A DNA stretch of 64,000 bases, taken from NCBI GenBank assembly GCA_913061095.1, contig CAJXVM010000022.1, positions 7,845 through 71,844 on the forward strand, written 5' to 3'. Below the pieces are notes generated by a model. The model saw only the letters and a list, made by a program, of their open reading frames with translations. It made no database searches and was not told where the DNA came from. Every line of letters starts with the position of its first letter. Position 1 is the first letter of the stretch. Below are positions 35,625-45,095 of this stretch, one piece after another. Made by a program: the position numbers and the translations under genes. The stretch comes from an uncultured Ignavibacteria bacterium. GTDB lineage: Bacteria; Bacteroidota; Ignavibacteria; SZUA-365.

Positions 35625-38126
35625 ATGAAAACTCCAGCAGCAATTCCCGTGCTCATCGCAGTCATTCTGCTCACAGTTGTCATACCTGCGGCGGCGCAGC
35701 AGCGCATCACCGGCGTCGTGCGTGATGCGGAAAGCGGCGAGCCCCTGCAGTTCGCGAATATCTGGATCAAGGACAGCCAGAAGGGTACGACCAGCGATCG
35801 TGACGGACGTTTCACGATACTGCTCGATCCGGGCACCTACGACGTCGTCGTCAGCTATATCGGCTACGACAGCGAATCCCGGCGCGTCCGCGTGCCGGGA
35901 GCAGGCAAGCTCGACTTCGCACTCCGGCAGAAGAGCATCGAGATGCCGGCGGTGGAGGTGACGCCGGACGACAATCCCGCCCTGCGCATTATCCGTCTTG
36001 CGATCGAAGCGAAGGAAAAGCGGCGCGAGCGCCTGCGGAATTACAGCCTGACATCCCACACCAAGCTGAGCGTGCGCGTGGAAGGAGCGCTCGAGGGAAT
36101 GTCCGCCGACGGCGAGAGCGCATCGATGCGCATCGGTATCGGTGGAGGGGGGGATGACGACAGCAATGAAGACACGGGCAGCGATGCGGATGCCGCAAAA
36201 CAGGACAGCGCGCGGCCCCTGCCAATACTGCTGGAGACGCAGACCGAGGCCTACTGGACGCGGCCCGACCGCTACAAAGAAATCGTCACCGCGCGCAAGC
36301 AAAGCGCGATGATTCCATCGCAGGCCAACTTCATGATCAGCGCATTCTTCATCATCGACTTTTCCGCGGACGAGCTTTCCTTCGGGCAGGGCGTGCCCGT
36401 GCCCGGACCGATTTCCGAACGCGGCCTCGACAGCTACTACTATCGTCTTGTCGGCGAAACCGTGCTCGACAGCACCACCATTCACCAGATCGAAATATCA
36501 CCGCTCGCCGACAGCGAGCCGCTGCTGGAAGGCACGATTTACATCGCCGACGGCACCTGGGCACTGTCGATGGTGGATGTGCGCCTCAACGACGCCGCCA
36601 TGCCGCAGTTCTTCAGCGATCTCGCATTCAGGCAGAACTTCCGTCTGTTCGATGATGAATTCTGGATGCCGGTCGATGTCGCGGTGGACGCCGACATCGA
36701 TGTTCCGGTGGTGAATATCGGGGTGGGGATTGAAGGATTGTCCGTTCTTCAGGATTACCGCATCAACCGGAAGATCAACGAGGATTTCTTCGACCGCACG
36801 CGCATCAAGATTCTGAAGGAAGCCGACGAGCGGGATTCCGCCTACTGGGAGACGCACAAAATGATTCCCACTACGGAGGAAGAAGAACGCGCATACCTGC
36901 GCGCCGACACCGTCAAGATGCAGCTCGACTCGCTGCAGTACGCGGTGGGATTCGGGGATTTCCTCTTCGGTGGCAGCACCGGTTCCGACGATGCGATCGT
37001 CAGTTTCCCCGGGATCATATCATTGTATCGATTCAATCGCGTCGAGGGACACGCGCTCGACGGGGATGTGCGTCTTTCGCTTCCCGCATCGCCTCTGCGA
37101 AGCGTCTTCGCCGGAGCGGGATACGGCTTCAGCGACGAGCGCCTGAAATACCGCTTTGGCGGCAGGATGCAGTTTTTCAATTCTCCCTCGCTGGTCATCG
37201 GAGCAGCGCGCTATTTCGAGCGCGGCTTTATCGACAGCAACCGCGATCCTGCGGGTGAATCGCTGGTCACGCTGTTCAACCTGCTCGCCAAGTACGATTA
37301 CCGCGATTACTTCTACCGCGACGGCTGGCGTCTGCGTGCGAGCTACGATCCCTTCCTGCTCTTCCCCATGACCGTGACGTATCGTGACGACCGCTTCTAC
37401 AACGCCGTGAAAAACACTGACTGGAGCGTGTTCCGGCAAAGCTGGAAATTCCGTGGAAATCCGGCGGTGAATGAGGGACGCATCCGCTCGGTCACGGTAG
37501 CGATCAGTTTCGACAATCGCAGCTTCATCGACAACGCCGGCGAAATCATGCGCTTCGGTTCGCGCAATCACACGCCGACCCTGCTCGCCGGGATGCACAA
37601 AGCCGATATCGCGGGCGACAGCTGGGACATCCTCACGCTCGGAGGGCGGCTTTCGGGGGATTTCAACTTCGGTCTTATCGGCGAGTTGTCGTATCGTTTC
37701 GCCGGTGACTGGACCGCCGACCCGCTGCCGACGCAGATGCTGTACAACCTGCAGGGCAGCATGGACTGGCTCACCTGGCCGCGCCGTTTCCGCACGCTGG
37801 ACTTCCGCGAATTCGGCGGCGACCGCCGCGCCACCGCCCGTTTCACCTGGAACTTCCGCGACTGGATTTTCCGCGCCACCAACATTCCCCTGCTGGAAGA
37901 CACCGGCTGGATGCTCGAACTCTTCGCCTCCGGCGGATGGACGCGCATATCCGACGACACCCGCGTCCTGCAGACCGTCGACGTCACCGAAACCGCCTCC
38001 GTCTTCTGGGAGACCGGGTTCAGCATAAAAAACATCCTCTCCGTGCTGCAGGTTGACCTCGCGTGGAGACTGAATCATTTCAGGGATGGGAGGAATTTTT
38101 ATTTCGGGATTGGGTTGGGGATGTGA
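35625..38126 (+). CDS. Carboxypeptidase-regulatory-like domain + DUF5686 outer membrane protein (paralog of 11213-13789)
   Basis: ITGVVRDAESGEPL...SYIGY, RFNRVEG, GYGFSD, C-terminal FYFGIGL. Confidence 0.8.
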   Translation: MKTPAAIPVLIAVILLTVVIPAAAQQRITGVVRDAESGEPLQFANIWIKDSQKGTTSDRDGRFTILLDPGTYDVVVSYIGYDSESRRVRVPGAGKLDFALRQKSIEMPAVEVTPDDNPALRIIRLAIEAKEKRRERLRNYSLTSHTKLSVRVEGALEGMSADGESASMRIGIGGGGDDDSNEDTGSDADAAKQDSARPLPILLETQTEAYWTRPDRYKEIVTARKQSAMIPSQANFMISAFFIIDFSADELSFGQGVPVPGPISERGLDSYYYRLVGETVLDSTTIHQIEISPLADSEPLLEGTIYIADGTWALSMVDVRLNDAAMPQFFSDLAFRQNFRLFDDEFWMPVDVAVDADIDVPVVNIGVGIEGLSVLQDYRINRKINEDFFDRTRIKILKEADERDSAYWETHKMIPTTEEEERAYLRADTVKMQLDSLQYAVGFGDFLFGGSTGSDDAIVSFPGIISLYRFNRVEGHALDGDVRLSLPASPLRSVFAGAGYGFSDERLKYRFGGRMQFFNSPSLVIGAARYFERGFIDSNRDPAGESLVTLFNLLAKYDYRDYFYRDGWRLRASYDPFLLFPMTVTYRDDRFYNAVKNTDWSVFRQSWKFRGNPAVNEGRIRSVTVAISFDNRSFIDNAGEIMRFGSRNHTPTLLAGMHKADIAGDSWDILTLGGRLSGDFNFGLIGELSYRFAGDWTADPLPTQMLYNLQGSMDWLTWPRRFRTLDFREFGGDRRATARFTWNFRDWIFRATNIPLLEDTGWMLELFASGGWTRISDDTRVLQTVDVTETASVFWETGFSIKNILSVLQVDLAWRLNHFRDGRNFYFGIGLGM

Positions 38127-38154
38127 AATCCGTGGTCCCTCCCCGTGGATCACC

Positions 38155-38886
38155 TCATTTCTTCAGCGCCCGATACTCCCCCGCCCAGAACTTCTTCCTC
38201 ACTCTCAGCAGCCCCTTGATATCATCGATCGCCGTGCTGACGATCTTGACCCGCGTGTCGAGATCCTCGATCCACTTCACGGGGACGTCAAAGATACGGT
38301 ACCCGGATTTCTCCCCGATGATGAGCAGTTCGCTGTCGAAGAACCACACGTTGTCTTCAATGACAGGGATCAGCTTTTCGATCACTTCCCTCGTGACAGC
38401 CTTGAAACCGCACTGCGCGTCGGAAAAACGCGTGAAGAACATGGACTTGACCATGAGATTATACGTGCGGGAAATGAACTCACGCTTGACGCTGCGCTCG
38501 GTGTTGGCACCTTTCATCAGGCGGGAGCCCGTCCCGATGTCATATCCCTCATGCGCCAGCGCGTTGATCATCGGCGGGAAGGATTCCAGGTTGGTGGAAA
38601 GATCCACGTCCATGTAGCTCGCGATGTCGGCACCGGACTCCATCCACGACTTCTTCAGCGCACGGCCGCGCCCCTTCTGCTCGAGGCGAAGATAGCGCAC
38701 GCGCTCATATTCGTCAGACAGCTGCTTCGAAACCTCGGGAGTATTGTCGATCGACGCATTGTCCGCAATCTCGATCGTCCAGTCATAATCGCCCATGTGT
38801 TCGGAAAGGAACTGATGCAGCACCGGGATGCTGACGGGCAGGGCTTTTTCTTCGTTGTACACGGGAATGGTGACGAGCAGTTTCAT
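38155..38886 (-). CDS. Glycosyltransferase family 2 (polyprenol-phosphate hexosyltransferase-like)
   Basis: IPVYNEE, DNASID, GRGRA, YMDVDL, GSR, DAQCGFKA. Confidence 0.9.
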   Translation of the reverse strand: MKLLVTIPVYNEEKALPVSIPVLHQFLSEHMGDYDWTIEIADNASIDNTPEVSKQLSDEYERVRYLRLEQKGRGRALKKSWMESGADIASYMDVDLSTNLESFPPMINALAHEGYDIGTGSRLMKGANTERSVKREFISRTYNLMVKSMFFTRFSDAQCGFKAVTREVIEKLIPVIEDNVWFFDSELLIIGEKSGYRIFDVPVKWIEDLDTRVKIVSTAIDDIKGLLRVRKKFWAGEYRALKK

Positions 38887-38961
38887 GGCGCTACGCGCAG
38901 GTGCGACAGGATGGTTATCAAAAGTAGGAACCCCCACAGGCATTTCCAAGAAAGAACGCCG

Positions 38962-38988
38962 TCCGGGTAATCCGTGAAATCTGTGGTG
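38962..38988. repeat. Solo 9-bp-periodic arm related to the 28-bp IR family
   Basis: tccgggtaatccgtgaaatctgtggtg vs tctgtgtaatcagcgtaatctgtggtt at 40820. Confidence 0.7.
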
Positions 38989-39063
38989 AGATTTTTTACA
39001 TCCCCATGACAACACATGCGTCCGAATTCCGTAGCATCCCTCCAGAACAAGGAGGAAACCGCC

Positions 39064-40122
39064 ATGCGCCGCATCCTGACTCTCGCGATCATCTTTCTGA
39101 CCCTCCCATCGGTCCGGCTTTCCGCACAGTCCGATTCAACCGCCTTCGATCATCTCCCCTTCGCCATGTACAGCACCGACGACGGCTTCGGTGCCGGATA
39201 CAAGGGTGTGCTGCGCAACTCATTCGGGATGCGGGAGTCGTTCGACCTCACCTTATTCCTCGCGACGCGTGGTGAACGCTGGGTCCGCCTCGGCTGGTCG
39301 CTCACCGACGCGGAGCTCCGGCAGGGGACGATATACGGACTCGCCGTCGATATCGTTGTCGATTACGACAAGATGATGAACAACCGGTTTTTCGGGATCG
39401 GACCGGATGCGAACTACGACGATCTCGAGGAGTACACCTATGAACCGCTGGAGATCACCACAGCCTTCAGCAGGGGATTCACCAGGAATTTCGTCAGCAC
39501 AGTGCAGCTGCGCTTCAAGCGTGTCTGGTCATATGGATTCGAGGATCAGAGCAGGCTTCGGAATCTCCCGGAGCACGCAGGCACCGCGGATCTGTGGTCC
39601 GCCATGCTGCAGCTGCGCCACGACACGCGCAACAGCGTCATCCATCCATCCTCCGGCATCGTGCTGCAGGCCGAAGTCGAACAGGCCATCGACCTCACAC
39701 CACATGCGTTTTCATGGACCCGATACGCAGCCCGCGTGCAGCATTACACCCGTGTACTGGGCATCATCCTGGCCCTGCGCGCGGATGCACAGTCCATGTC
39801 CGGCGACGTCCCCGTTCAGCACATGCTTTCCGTCGGCGGCAGCAGCACCGTGCGCGGCATCCCCAAAGACCGCTTCCTCGACCGCAGCAGCGCGATCGCC
39901 AACGCCGAGCTGCGCTTCCCGATCTGGCGGCGTCTCGGCGGCATCGTGGGGATGGACGCCGGTGCCGTCGCCCCCGACCTCGGTGCGCTTGCCGACTCCC
40001 GCTGGACCGTCGCCCCCGCGGCGGGACTGCGGCTGATTTTCGACACCTTCGTGACACGCGCTGATATCGGGGTGAGCGGGGAGACCGTGGGGTTTTATCT
40101 GAACTTCGGGCATATTTTTTAG
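39064..40122 (+). CDS. BamA/TamA (Omp85) family beta-barrel without POTRA domains
   Basis: Signal peptide; HDTRN...PSSG, GG...VRG..DRF loop-6 motif, ELRFPI, terminal FYLNFGHIF; SD aaggagg. Confidence 0.8.
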   Translation: MRRILTLAIIFLTLPSVRLSAQSDSTAFDHLPFAMYSTDDGFGAGYKGVLRNSFGMRESFDLTLFLATRGERWVRLGWSLTDAELRQGTIYGLAVDIVVDYDKMMNNRFFGIGPDANYDDLEEYTYEPLEITTAFSRGFTRNFVSTVQLRFKRVWSYGFEDQSRLRNLPEHAGTADLWSAMLQLRHDTRNSVIHPSSGIVLQAEVEQAIDLTPHAFSWTRYAARVQHYTRVLGIILALRADAQSMSGDVPVQHMLSVGGSSTVRGIPKDRFLDRSSAIANAELRFPIWRRLGGIVGMDAGAVAPDLGALADSRWTVAPAAGLRLIFDTFVTRADIGVSGETVGFYLNFGHIF

Positions 40123-40153
40123 GAACCACAGATTACGCTGATTACACAGAGGA

Positions 40154-40459
40154 TTATTTCGAGGAGAGTTTGTCCTCGACGCTGCGGACTTTGTCGTCCA
40201 TGGTCTGGTGGCGGTCGGTGCGCGTGCCGAATTTCATCACGGATGAAACGCGCGGCGCACCGGCTTCGTGAATCGCCTCGTGACAGCGGCGAACAGCAGT
40301 GAACACATCGTCCCACTCCCCTTCGATGTTTGTGCCGTACGCATGAAGATTGATCTTGAGTCCGGCTTCCTTCAGAATCGTTTCACACATCGCAACATAC
40401 TTTGAGACGGAAACACCGACTCCGAGTGGCACGACGGTCAAATCGGCAATGACATGCAT
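40154..40459 (-). CDS. MTH1187/YkoF family thiamine-binding protein
   Basis: VVPLG..SVSKYVA, YGTNIEGEWD, GAPRV, R.D....DKV.SV. Confidence 0.85.
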   Translation of the reverse strand: MHVIADLTVVPLGVGVSVSKYVAMCETILKEAGLKINLHAYGTNIEGEWDDVFTAVRRCHEAIHEAGAPRVSSVMKFGTRTDRHQTMDDKVRSVEDKLSSK

Positions 40460-40597
40460 AAATGTATCCTCCTGGGGTTAAATGATGTGGCTGCGGCATG
40501 ACACAGGCAAAAATCACCAGCGTTGAGTTTCTGCATTGACCCTGCTGCGCAGCGCGGTTAGATTCTTCACACAGGTATTCAAAATAGGGAGAACCAC

Positions 40598-40777
40598 ATG
40601 GATATCAATTCCATCACGTACGACAAGGACTCTCCGTCGTGAAGGAAAAGCCGCTGCCTGTCTAATCACTCCGCCCAGATCCTGACATACATGAAACTCA
40701 GCGGCATTCGCACCGGACTGCTGTTCAACTTCCATGAAGCAAACCTCCGAAACGGACTTGTCCGCTTCCGCCTGTAA
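40598..40777 (+). pseudogene. GxxExxY (PD-(D/E)XK nuclease family) pseudogene with internal deletions
   Basis: Three fragments: MDINSITY / GLSVVKEKPLPV / HSAQILTYMKLSGIRTGLLFNF...LRNGLVRFRL*; frameshifts and stops between them. Confidence 0.8.
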
Positions 40778-40780
40778 CCG

Positions 40781-40808
40781 AAAAGAGGGCTGCCGACAGG
40801 CAGCCCTC
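40781..40808 (-). terminator. Intrinsic terminator (minus strand)
   Basis: gagggctgcc-gaca-ggcagccctc preceded by aaaa. Confidence 0.75.
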
Positions 40809-40882
40809 CGATCATCTCGTCTGTGTAATCAGCGTAATCTGTGGTTCAATTCATCGGAATCTCCTCACAGATCATCCTGAAA

Positions 40883-43800
40883 TCACTCCTGCATCACCTG
40901 CTCCAACCCCTCGAAGTACTTCCGGATCAGCACTTCGTAATCCCTCGCATACCCCTCGTTCACTGCCTTCTGCAGATCGTACCGCAGTCCCTCCTGCGGA
41001 TCGAGGGCGTTTTCGTCGAGGGCGGAAGGACTGCTGCGCGCGACATCCTCGCCGGTGCGGCTGCGGCGGCGCTTCTCCCAGTCGCGCTCGCGCATCGAAC
41101 GGGAGGCGTCGAGCAGACGCGAGAGAATGCGCTCCTGCTTCTGCATGGTGTTGGGATTCACATTCTCCTGCTGCATGTCGCGCACCACTTCCTGCATCTC
41201 TTCGGCGATGCGCTCGAGATCGCCCGTCAGACGGCGTCCCTCGTCACTGCGCTTCGCTTCCTCGTTGAGCTCCTGCAGCGACTTCTGCATCGCCGCCTGC
41301 TGCTGCATCAGGCGCTGCAGCTGCTGGCGCTCACGCATGGACATCTGTCCGTCCGTCGGCGTGGGCATGTTGGCGTTGATGTCCATCTGCTGCTGCGCCA
41401 TCTGGCGAAGCTGCTGCAACAGCGACCCGCCCTGTCCGCTGCCGCTCTGGGAGGATTTCTGCAGTCCCTTCGCCAGTTCTTTCGCGGCCTCGTTCAGCTC
41501 GGCCATCGCGCCGCCCTGCTGCTGTCCGCCCGAGCGCTGATCGCGGTTCTGCATGCTCTTGAGCGCTTCCTGCATTTTCTTCATCGCCTTGCCGAGATGC
41601 TGCGCCATCTGCGGATTCACCGCGAAGGTCTTTTTCGCCAGCTCCATCAGCTCGTTGCCCGTCTGATTGAGCTGCTCCATCAGGCGCATCTGCTCGCGCG
41701 TGGCCTCGCGATACTGCGGCGAATTCACCGGCAGCTTCTGCACCTGGTTCTTCAGTGCCTCCTGCTGCTTCGACATTTCCAGCACTTCCTTGAGCGCCTT
41801 CTGGAACGCGCGCTGTACCATCTTCTGCATCTGCTGCTGCATCTTCTTTTTCACGTTCTGCATGCTCTGCTGGAACTTCCGCATTTTCTGCGCCGTCTTC
41901 TTCATGCTCTGCGAAGCGCTCTGGCAGTTGCCGCCCTGGCACTGGCTGGCGGACTGGCTCATCGACTGATTCATATTCGCTTCGTTGAGCTCGTTCTGCG
42001 CCTGCTGCATTTCGTCGAGCGGCATCTCCTGCGGGAATTCCTCCATCTTCTTCTGCAGCTCCGACATCTCGCGCTGCATCGCCTCCATCTCCTTCTGCAG
42101 CTGCCGCTGCTCCTCGGCCAGCTTGTCAAGCTGCTCCTGGTTCTGCGAATCAGCGTTCTCGGTTCGCTGCGCCAGGTCCTCCTGCTTCTTCGCCAGCTCC
42201 TCGGCGCGCTTGGTGATCTCGTCCACCTTCTGCTCGATCTGGATGCGCTTGAGCAGGTCGATCGTGCGTTCGATGCTGCGGCGGAAATTCTCCTCGTTGA
42301 ATTCGAAGTTCTCCATCGCCTGCTTCATCTGCTCGGGACTCATCTCGCGCATCATTTCCTCCATGCGCTTGCGGGCCTCCTGCAGTTCCGGCGCGTCGAC
42401 CTCCTTCATGAGCTGATCCAGCTCTTCGTACTTGCGCAGCGTCTCCTCGGAGATCATGTTCTGCTTCTGCATGTCCTCCTTGAGGCGGTTCATCTGCTCA
42501 TTGACCTTCTCGACGTCTTTGAGCATCTCTTCCTGCCGCTTCATCAGCTCTTCCATCTTCTTCTGCTGCTGCCAGTCGAGCTTCTCGGCATTCTGCTGCT
42601 TCATCTCCTGCTGCAGCTTGTCGAGCTCGCGCTGCACGTCCTGCGCAGCCTTGAGCGTCTCCTCGAGATTCTCGATCGCCTTCTCCTGCTCATTGTCCGC
42701 CCGCGCGAACACCTCCTCCAGCGAGGGCAGGCGCAGCGAGAACACCTGGCTGCGGCCGACCTTGGGACCGTTGACCACGTCGTTGTCGAAGATCTCGATG
42801 TAATAATTCACCACATCCTCGGGCACGAGGCTCATCGAAGTCAGATTCCAGATGTACGGCACCTCCATCTCCAGCTCGCGCGCCGACGGCAGCGGGATGA
42901 TGATGGAGGAATACTCCTCGTGCGGCTTCTCGTAGCGCGAGGCGGCCAGACGGTACTTCAGCACCATCTTCGTGAATCCGTAGTCGTCGCTGATGCGTGA
43001 AATCAGCGGCAGGCGCATGCTCTCGTCGAGATCCGTGTTCATGCCGGGCTCGAGCACGTCGATCACTGGCACCATGTCGGGCACCACCTTCAGCGTGTAC
43101 TCGATGGGATTCGCGTTCGCGATCCCGCTTTCATCCACCAGCGCCACGTGCCAGGAGGCATCCTTCGTCAGAGGGAAGGATGTCTGCGCACGGGCGTCGC
43201 CGTGCTCGATGGACACGCGCTGGCTGTCGTTGAACACGATCGCCGCCTCGGACACTTCCTTGTTGAATGCGAGATCGAGGGAGATGCGCGTCCCAGCCAG
43301 GGCCGTCACGTCGCCCATGTTGTCGTCGAGGTAGCGCGGGGGGAGCTTCGTGTAGGAGGGATAGGTCAGCCGCACGCGCAGTGAACGCACGAACGGACGA
43401 TCCACCACATCGACGGCGAACTGCCGGCTGCGATACCCCGCCGCCTCGGCATAGTACACGATGGAGCCGCGGATCGAGGGGATGGAATGCACATACGCGC
43501 CGCTGCTGTCGAGCGTCGTAACCACGGCGTCGAATTCCTCCTGTCCCTCCTCGCGAAGATGAAACGTGATCTCGGGCTGCTTTTCCGCCGTGGTCGTGGC
43601 GGTCAGGCGCAGTTCCTCGCCCTTCACGGCCTCGCGGTCACCGGGCTCGACAATGAAATCGAAGGGTGCGGGGGGAGCGAAGTCGGTGCGGAAATTGACA
43701 ATGCGGTGCAGGGCCCCGCCCAGCGTGCCGGGCATCATCGCGAACAGCACCGCCCCGATGAGGATGCTCAGCAGGGCGCTTCGGCCTGCGCGCTTTGCAG

Positions 43801-44281
43801 GAGCCGTATCCACTACCGGCGCGAGGTCCAGCCGGTCGAAGGCGTCGGCCACGTCGCGGAAGCCGGCGTCCACCAGCTCGGGGGAATACGCCGCGTGCTT
43901 TTCCCGGCGCATTTCGCGGAATACCTGCATGGCGTTGAGCAGGCGGTCCTTGATGTACGGAAAATAGGATCCGACTTCGAGCGCCACAGTATCTTCGGAT
44001 TTCCGCCGGTGCTCGGAGAAGCGCAGCATCAGGGGCGGGACAACAAACGCGGCTGCCGCAGCGAGAATGCCGATACCCGCGATGGAAAACAGCAGCGTGC
44101 GTCCCTCGATGCCGAAGCGGAACACCGCCTCCAGCAGCGCGGCGCCGATGACGATGCCGATCACCGATACCAGCGTGAAAGACAGTCCCCGCCGCAGGTG
44201 CACGCCCTCTTCGCGTCCACGCACACCCCGCAGGGCATCCATGATTTTGTCGTAATTCCTGAGCTTCGTCTCGTCCGTCAT
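40883..44281 (-). CDS. DUF4175-like membrane protein with Ig-like domains and long Gln/Met-rich coiled coil
   Basis: N-terminal TM helices, DRLLNA, YPSYT, SDDYG, DND..GPK..S, terminal I.KYF. Confidence 0.75.
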   Translation of the reverse strand: MTDETKLRNYDKIMDALRGVRGREEGVHLRRGLSFTLVSVIGIVIGAALLEAVFRFGIEGRTLLFSIAGIGILAAAAAFVVPPLMLRFSEHRRKSEDTVALEVGSYFPYIKDRLLNAMQVFREMRREKHAAYSPELVDAGFRDVADAFDRLDLAPVVDTAPAKRAGRSALLSILIGAVLFAMMPGTLGGALHRIVNFRTDFAPPAPFDFIVEPGDREAVKGEELRLTATTTAEKQPEITFHLREEGQEEFDAVVTTLDSSGAYVHSIPSIRGSIVYYAEAAGYRSRQFAVDVVDRPFVRSLRVRLTYPSYTKLPPRYLDDNMGDVTALAGTRISLDLAFNKEVSEAAIVFNDSQRVSIEHGDARAQTSFPLTKDASWHVALVDESGIANANPIEYTLKVVPDMVPVIDVLEPGMNTDLDESMRLPLISRISDDYGFTKMVLKYRLAASRYEKPHEEYSSIIIPLPSARELEMEVPYIWNLTSMSLVPEDVVNYYIEIFDNDVVNGPKVGRSQVFSLRLPSLEEVFARADNEQEKAIENLEETLKAAQDVQRELDKLQQEMKQQNAEKLDWQQQKKMEELMKRQEEMLKDVEKVNEQMNRLKEDMQKQNMISEETLRKYEELDQLMKEVDAPELQEARKRMEEMMREMSPEQMKQAMENFEFNEENFRRSIERTIDLLKRIQIEQKVDEITKRAEELAKKQEDLAQRTENADSQNQEQLDKLAEEQRQLQKEMEAMQREMSELQKKMEEFPQEMPLDEMQQAQNELNEANMNQSMSQSASQCQGGNCQSASQSMKKTAQKMRKFQQSMQNVKKKMQQQMQKMVQRAFQKALKEVLEMSKQQEALKNQVQKLPVNSPQYREATREQMRLMEQLNQTGNELMELAKKTFAVNPQMAQHLGKAMKKMQEALKSMQNRDQRSGGQQQGGAMAELNEAAKELAKGLQKSSQSGSGQGGSLLQQLRQMAQQQMDINANMPTPTDGQMSMRERQQLQRLMQQQAAMQKSLQELNEEAKRSDEGRRLTGDLERIAEEMQEVVRDMQQENVNPNTMQKQERILSRLLDASRSMRERDWEKRRRSRTGEDVARSSPSALDENALDPQEGLRYDLQKAVNEGYARDYEVLIRKYFEGLEQVMQE

Positions 44282-44292
44282 GTCATTTCCTT

Positions 44293-45045
44293 TCACTGCG
44301 TCAGCGCCCAGACAATGATATTCAGTCCCATTCGTAGCGCCTTCTGGCGCACCTCTTCCGGATCCTTGTGGATGTCGGGATCCGCCCAGCCGTCGGCGAG
44401 ATTGCTTTCATAGGTATAGAAAACAACGAGCCGTCCCTCGTGAAAGATCCCGAATCCCTGCGGCGGTTTCTTGTCATGCTCGTGAATCTTGGGGAGGCCG
44501 TTGGGGAAGTCGTAATGCACGTGGTAAATCCCGTGGCTGAACGGCAGCTCCACCAGCTCCTTTTCCGGGAACACCTTTTTCATCTCCCGGCGGAAGGCCT
44601 TGTCGAAGCCGTAGTCGTCATCCACGTAGAGGAATCCCCCGTTTTCGAGATAGGTGCGCAGGTTCTGCGCCTCGCGGTCGGTCAGCGAGATACTGCCGTG
44701 TCCGGTCATGAACACGAAAGGATAGGAGAATAGCTTCTCGCTGCCCACTTCCACGTACTGCTCGGTGCGCACGTCCACGTCGATGTCCGTCTGCTGCCTG
44801 AGGAAGCGCAGCATGTTCAGTTCGCTGGACGGATCGTTGTACCAGTCGCCGCCGCCCTCGTACTTCACGCGCGCGATGACAAACTTGCTGCCGGACTGCA
44901 CCACCGACGTGCCACCGGTGGACGCGCCATCGGCTGACACATCTCCGTTCTGCCCCGCCGCATTCCCGCCGGAGAGCAGGAACAGGAGCGCAACGGAGAG
45001 GAAGCCGCATATCGTCTGTATCGAAAGTCTCTGACGTTCAATCAT
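44293..45045 (-). CDS. DUF4159 domain-containing protein
   Basis: KYEGGGDWY.DP, YPF.FMTGHG, LRTYL.NGGFLYVDD, ALRMGLNII. Confidence 0.85.
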   Translation of the reverse strand: MIERQRLSIQTICGFLSVALLFLLSGGNAAGQNGDVSADGASTGGTSVVQSGSKFVIARVKYEGGGDWYNDPSSELNMLRFLRQQTDIDVDVRTEQYVEVGSEKLFSYPFVFMTGHGSISLTDREAQNLRTYLENGGFLYVDDDYGFDKAFRREMKKVFPEKELVELPFSHGIYHVHYDFPNGLPKIHEHDKKPPQGFGIFHEGRLVVFYTYESNLADGWADPDIHKDPEEVRQKALRMGLNIIVWALTQ

Positions 45046-45095
45046 AGTGTGGAAAAGTAGCATGGGCGGGGGTACAGTGCAAGGTGAATATCGTT

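Larger units (their letters stand above)
40123..40847. mobile_element. Putative non-autonomous cassette bounded by perfect 28-bp inverted repeats
   Basis: gaaccacagattacgctgattacacaga (40123-40150) is the exact reverse complement of 40820-40847; no TSD seen; mobility is inferred. Confidence 0.55.

Noticed and set aside
40460..40597. TPP riboswitch upstream of the thiamine-binding-protein gene
   Set aside because: No CTGAGA...CCTGA...AGGGA core found on the minus strand
40123..40847. Classical IS element
   Set aside because: No DDE or HUH transposase remnant and no target-site duplication visible
40841..43000. 719-aa Leu/His-rich plus-strand ORF
   Set aside because: Antisense shadow of the Gln/Met/Glu-rich coiled coil (CAG/ATG/GAG read as CTG/CAT/CTC)
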